Assembly: GCA_944381145.1 (NCBI GenBank)
Contig: CALWJZ010000002.1
Span: 51,681 to 115,680 of the forward strand
Length of the DNA: 64,000 nt
From: an uncultured Clostridia bacterium
GTDB taxonomy: Bacteria; Bacillota; Clostridia; Christensenellales; UBA1242
Direction of reading: 5' to 3'
The notes under the pieces were generated by a model. The model worked only from the letters and a program-made list of their open reading frames with translations. It was not told where the DNA came from and did no database searches. Below, piece after piece: positions 55,301 to 61,300 of the stretch; position 1 is the stretch's first letter, and every line of letters starts with the position of its first letter. The position numbers and the translations under genes were made by a program.

Positions 55301-58300
55301 TACATTTGAAGGAGTTTTAATATCATAAATACCTTCAACTACATCAATATAAATATTTTTTGCAAAGCCTTTTCCAGAAACAAAATCATATAAATATGTC
55401 TTTTCATTACCATGATTTACAAATGGCACAGCTAACAACCTTACACCATTTGCAGTGTTAATTCCTGAAATTTTAGTTGCCATAGAAGTATCATCAATAT
55501 AATAAGCATATCCACTAAGCCCATAATTTTCATTGAACTTCAACACATTAAATTTTTGATTACCATTTATACTAATGCTTTCAAAAATTTTATTGCTTTC
55601 AGCGTGGCATATATTTCCATCATCATTTAATATGAAGTATCTGATACCATAATTTTCATTAGTTAATAAACTTAGTTTCAAAGTATTAGATGCATACATT
55701 TTTAAATAATCATTATCATATTCAAATGATCCATTGATTTTGGAATGTAAAGTTGTAGATAAAGTTGGGTTTTTTACAATGATTAATGGATTTTCTTCTG
55801 TAGATTCAAATGTTTGATTATATGACAAATCAGTATATTGTTCAAAAGTATTTACTCCACTAGTTATATTTAATGTAAAGGAAGTACTGATATCTGTATT
55901 ATAAGCAGATTCAATCAAAAATTCTACACTTCCTACACTTTTTGCTTGAATATAAACTATATCATCTATTATACAAACTTCCGCAATAGATGGATCACTC
56001 GAAATAAATCTGATTACACCATTTTGCAAGAAAGGTGGCAATATACTAATTTTAAGAACGTCAACTAAATTATAAAGATTTTTATTTTTTATTTCTTCAT
56101 TAATGTAATTAGTATACTGAATATCAAGTTGTGTATATACACCATCTTTGTTAAAATCAATTACCTTTAAGTTTTCTCCATCTACATTCATAGACTGCCA
56201 AGGCATTTGATTATAATCTTTTAAATTTGTGTCTTTATTTGCATAGTATAATTCATAGTAATAAATAGTTTTGTTTTGTGGAGTTAATTCTGTAATTTCA
56301 CTTATAATTTCTTCTACAGAGCTTATCCACATATTTTCATAATTAACATCAGAAATTATATCGTCTTGATCAATTTGAATTACTTCAGGAGCCAAATTTA
56401 TGATTAAATTTACATACTCTATATCGTTTTGAATATAAGTTTTGTTATATCCTAATGACAAAGGATATCCTGAATGTATTTGACTGTTGAAATATCTATA
56501 ATAATTTTCTATGTTTGTATTATTATTTAAACCTGTTTCTGATTGGTTATCACATATGTATAAGCTTTGTAATTTCGTATCTAGTTCACCTACACTATAA
56601 ACATCAAAGTTTCCAAATGTCTTATTATCTATTAAACTAGGTAACTTTGTATAAAAATCACCTGACTTAATAGTTAATTCTTCACACCAATATACTTTGG
56701 TTGTTATAGTATAATCTTCATCGAAATCATAAGTTTTCTCTAAGTTATACAGACTTAAAATATAATCGAATTTTTCAATATTTTTTCCATCAATAAATTT
56801 GCCTTGATCAATAGAATCAATATTTAAACTATTCTCAGATATTACAGGGGTCACTATATCAGACAAAGAAATAGATTTTGAAGGCAATTCTAAAGTGTAA
56901 TTAGTTGTTTCATTACTATTTTTATTAGTAATATCAACTGACAAATAAAAGTTTATAACATCATTACCATTGAATGAATTATAAGAAATCATTCCAGGAA
57001 CTTCTATATATGGAATAGTTGATTTAATAATAGATCCATTATAATTTATTATAACTGGATAATTGCTAGAATTGTAAACCACCCTACCTTGTCCATAGAA
57101 ATTATTGATAATACCGTTAAAAATTTCAACAGTATTACCATCATTATCCAAATCACTCAAATCTTTTTCTATTAATTCAATAACTGAATAAGAATTAACT
57201 AAGTTTGCAAAATTATATTTCAAATTATTAAAATTATCTATAGCAAAGATTTCATATATATATTGGTTTATTCCATAATAAGCGAAATCATTAAGAGCAT
57301 CAATAGTGACTGTGTAATCATTACCACTTAGCAAATGAACATCCCATTTATCACCAGTTGTGGTATCATTACTTGTATTTTTTCTTATTTCTAGTATATT
57401 TTTTATAGAAGTATTACCTGTTGAGTTTGTATATGAATATCTATTTAATTTAGAAATGTCACCAAACATACTACCAACATATATTTTGTCACCAAATGCA
57501 CTTAATTGATTGTTTGTATTGTATATTTTACCAAATATTTGTGCATTAAATATAGATGTTATTCCTTGTGCTGATCCAATTGCTCCACCTATGTATATTC
57601 CACTGCTTAACTTAAGTTCAGCTTCTGAATCTGCAGAATAAGTAGATTCCTTAGCACTAAAAATTATGTTTGCTTTGGAATATGCCGAACTTATAAGCAA
57701 ATTGTTTGCTCTACCAACAAGCCCACCAACAAATTGAGTTGTATCTGAATTTGAATTTCCTACAACAATATCTCCGTAATATAAACCTTTTAGTGCATCT
57801 ACATTTTGATTAGGACTAGAATAGGAATATGGAGATTCATAATTAACATCTCTATTATAATAACTAGAAACTGAGTTGTTTGCCAAAACATTACTATAAG
57901 TAACAGTTTTGAATTGTCCAGCCTTGTCACCATTTTCAAATTCAGTTACAAAATTTTTAAATAATGTATTATCATTCAAATTTTCAAAGTTTCCAATAAG
58001 TCCACCCACATTATTGATCCCATAAATTGCAGTGTTCATATAGGAGTAAATATCTTTGAAATCTAAAAATTCCACTCTATTTGCATATATATGAATAGAA
58101 CCAATATATCCCTCATTCCACAACCAATTGTCTATACTTGAAGTTGTGTAATCAGATGAATATCCTACTAGTCCACCAATATTACTAATACCAATTATGT
58201 TAGGAACAACAGTATTATTGTATAAATGTCCTCTATTATATCCAACTAGTCCACCAATCGAAGAATTATTATACTCAAACGATTCACTAGCATCATTATA

Positions 58301-61300
58301 TACACCAAAAATAAAACATCTAGTATTAATATTGGAAATCGAATATGAATTCAGACCAGCAACGCCACCTAAAGACATAAGTTTTGTTAACTTTGATTTG
58401 TCTTGATGTGCATTCATAACAACGGCAACATCAAATTCATCAAGTCCATTAGAAACAGCAAAATTATTTGATTTCCCAACTATTGTTCCATTATTAATTC
58501 CAGTAATACCACCAGCTTTTATGTACTTTCTGTCATTAATAGAAGAAAAAGACATAAAAGTTTTTACTTTCACATTATCAATTGTTCCTAGGTTTCTGCC
58601 TACAACACCACCAATATTTCCAAAAACATCAAAACCTGGGGTACTATAACTTAAGTCATAATTGATACCTCTAGTACTTGATTTGTTATTTTGAATTATA
58701 GTTCCGTTGAAAGCAGTAATAAGACCATCATCAATTTCGCAATCAATAATCTGTCCATTGCTAAATCCAGCAATTACACCTATGTAATCATTCAAAGCAC
58801 CAATATTTGATGATCTGTAGGAAGCAATATTTATAGAATAATTGTATATGCTTATATTTTTTACGACAGCAGACTGCCCCAAATAACCAAACAATCCAAA
58901 ATATGAATTTTTTGTATCAGCATTATTTTGAGAATTATCTACATTAATGTTTAAATTAAGAAGATTATAATCTCTATATTCAAAATCATTTAGGTAATAT
59001 CTACCACTTAATGTTCCTTCAAAAGGAACTTCTTCAGTACCAATAGGACGCCAGTTAATATTTTTTAAATCAATATTTTTGGTTAAAACATAATTTGATT
59101 GAAGTGCCATGGAATATTTAGAAGTATCTCCAATATCCAACAAGTCCTGAGCACTATCTATTTCAAAAGGAATTTGATTTCCATCTGCAATTCGAACAGT
59201 AATATAAGATTTTACATCAGGATTGGAATTAGAAATAATTGCAATAGTATATTTAGGATTTTCTACATATTGACCTGTTATTTGATTGACTGTTAATCTA
59301 ATTGTTCCATTACCTATATCTCTTATACTTAAATCTGCACTATGATCAAAAGTTATTTCATTTATTAATATTCCTGTACCAATAACTACATCATTTCTAG
59401 TTTCAGCAATAAGTTCATATTCAAAGTCAAAAGTATTATTAGATGTAAATGTATTACTGGTCTCATTGTAACTCATATTTCTAATGTCAAATGAAATATT
59501 ATTATTAAACAACTTTGTATTTATCGCCCCTACTTGAGAAGCTTTTACTACATTTACAGTTATATCTGTAAACAATTCATCATTGTCAACGTTTTCTCCA
59601 GTTTCGGAAATATATGATTGAGAGACAAAAACGTATAAGTTAAATCTTAATGTGTTATTAGCAATACCTGAAATACTTAATTTAGCCCTCAACTTATCTT
59701 CAGATAATTCCAAAATTATTTGTCCACCATTATTGTAAACTGAAAAAGTAATAATATTTCCAACTATAGAACTAGGATAATATCCAATGCTTTGAGCATT
59801 TGATGAATACGGACCTGCCAACCACTCAATCTGAGGATTTGTAGTGACTTTATCAGGATTTAATGTAATTTCAATAGTTTTTGAACCATACACATCTATG
59901 TATTTATTGCCTGTATTCCCAATATATGCATCTTCATTTATTGTAGTTTTATCATAAATTGGATCATTTAATGGTATTTCATACAAATTAGATGAAATAT
60001 AAGTAATTGGTCTTTCAAAATAAACATCGACATTAATGTAAATTTTTATATTACCTACCAAAGAAGAAAAAGCAAATTTCAAAGTTACAGGCGTATCAGA
60101 ATAATCAAGAACCCTAATCAATCTACCTGAAATTTCAACGCAATTTCTATCCATGCTATCAGCAAGGCTTATACTAAAAATACCATTCAAATCAGAGTAA
60201 ATTTGCGAGTCTGCTTTACTGTCGCCCAAAAGATAATAGAAATTATAAGTTTTTCCAACCAATAGTTTTGTTCTATATGATTCACTTTCTGAACTATTAG
60301 TTCCTGCAAATTGATATATGTATCCACCATTAATTGAAATCATTTCATTATAATCAGTTGAATAATCTTCAAAATTTTCTAGTTGTATTTTCAAAAATTC
60401 AGGATTATTTTCATCAATTGGATAGGTTACAATCATATAGAAAAATTGTGAAACACCATTTGGTGTTGTTATGGTTAATTTAGTAGAACCTAGTTTGTTT
60501 TTTATATTAATAAGTTTTAGATTATTATTTTCTAAATCTACTTGAAAGTCAAAATATGATTTATCTTCGATTTCAATTTTAACTTGTGTATAATCTTGAT
60601 CACCTTGTTCGTTTAATGGTAATCCTTTGAATGATAAATATTCTCCAACTAAAAATAATTCTTCGATATTTGTATCATTTTGATTGCCTGTAAATCGAGT
60701 TAGGTCAAGTTGAATATCTCTTCTTAATACCGTAATTTCAGTAATTTCATTAACACAAGATACCTTTATGACCTTTGTTACATTTTTATAAGTGGAACTA
60801 GTTAATCTTAATTCAATATCTTCAGTAATTGGTGTAGTTCCATCTATTTTACTAAGATAAAAAACTCCACCACTATTTACAGTATTAATTGGCTGACCAT
60901 TAGCATCAGTAATTTGGACATTAGGATTATTAACTTCAATTGAAACTGCTTGTCTATCTAAACTAGCTGTATCACTCCAAACATCTACCCAAACTGGTGT
61001 ATCTTGACCATTGCTATAAACAACAATATCATTATCTTGAAGTTCCAATCCTTTAGAATTATTTTTATCAGCATTTTTTAGATCGGCTTGATTTTTGAAT
61101 AATTTAATCTCACTAGGAAACATTTTTACTCTTATATCAAGTGGAATTTCAACAGTTTCAAATCTATCTTCAAATCCAAAATAATCTATAACAAAATATA
61201 AAGTGTATTCACCTTCTTTTGTTGTTTTGAAAATTTCAAATTTATTGTCTTCAAGTGGAGAAACTGTAATTAAGTCAGTATCCTTTAAAACACTACCTTC

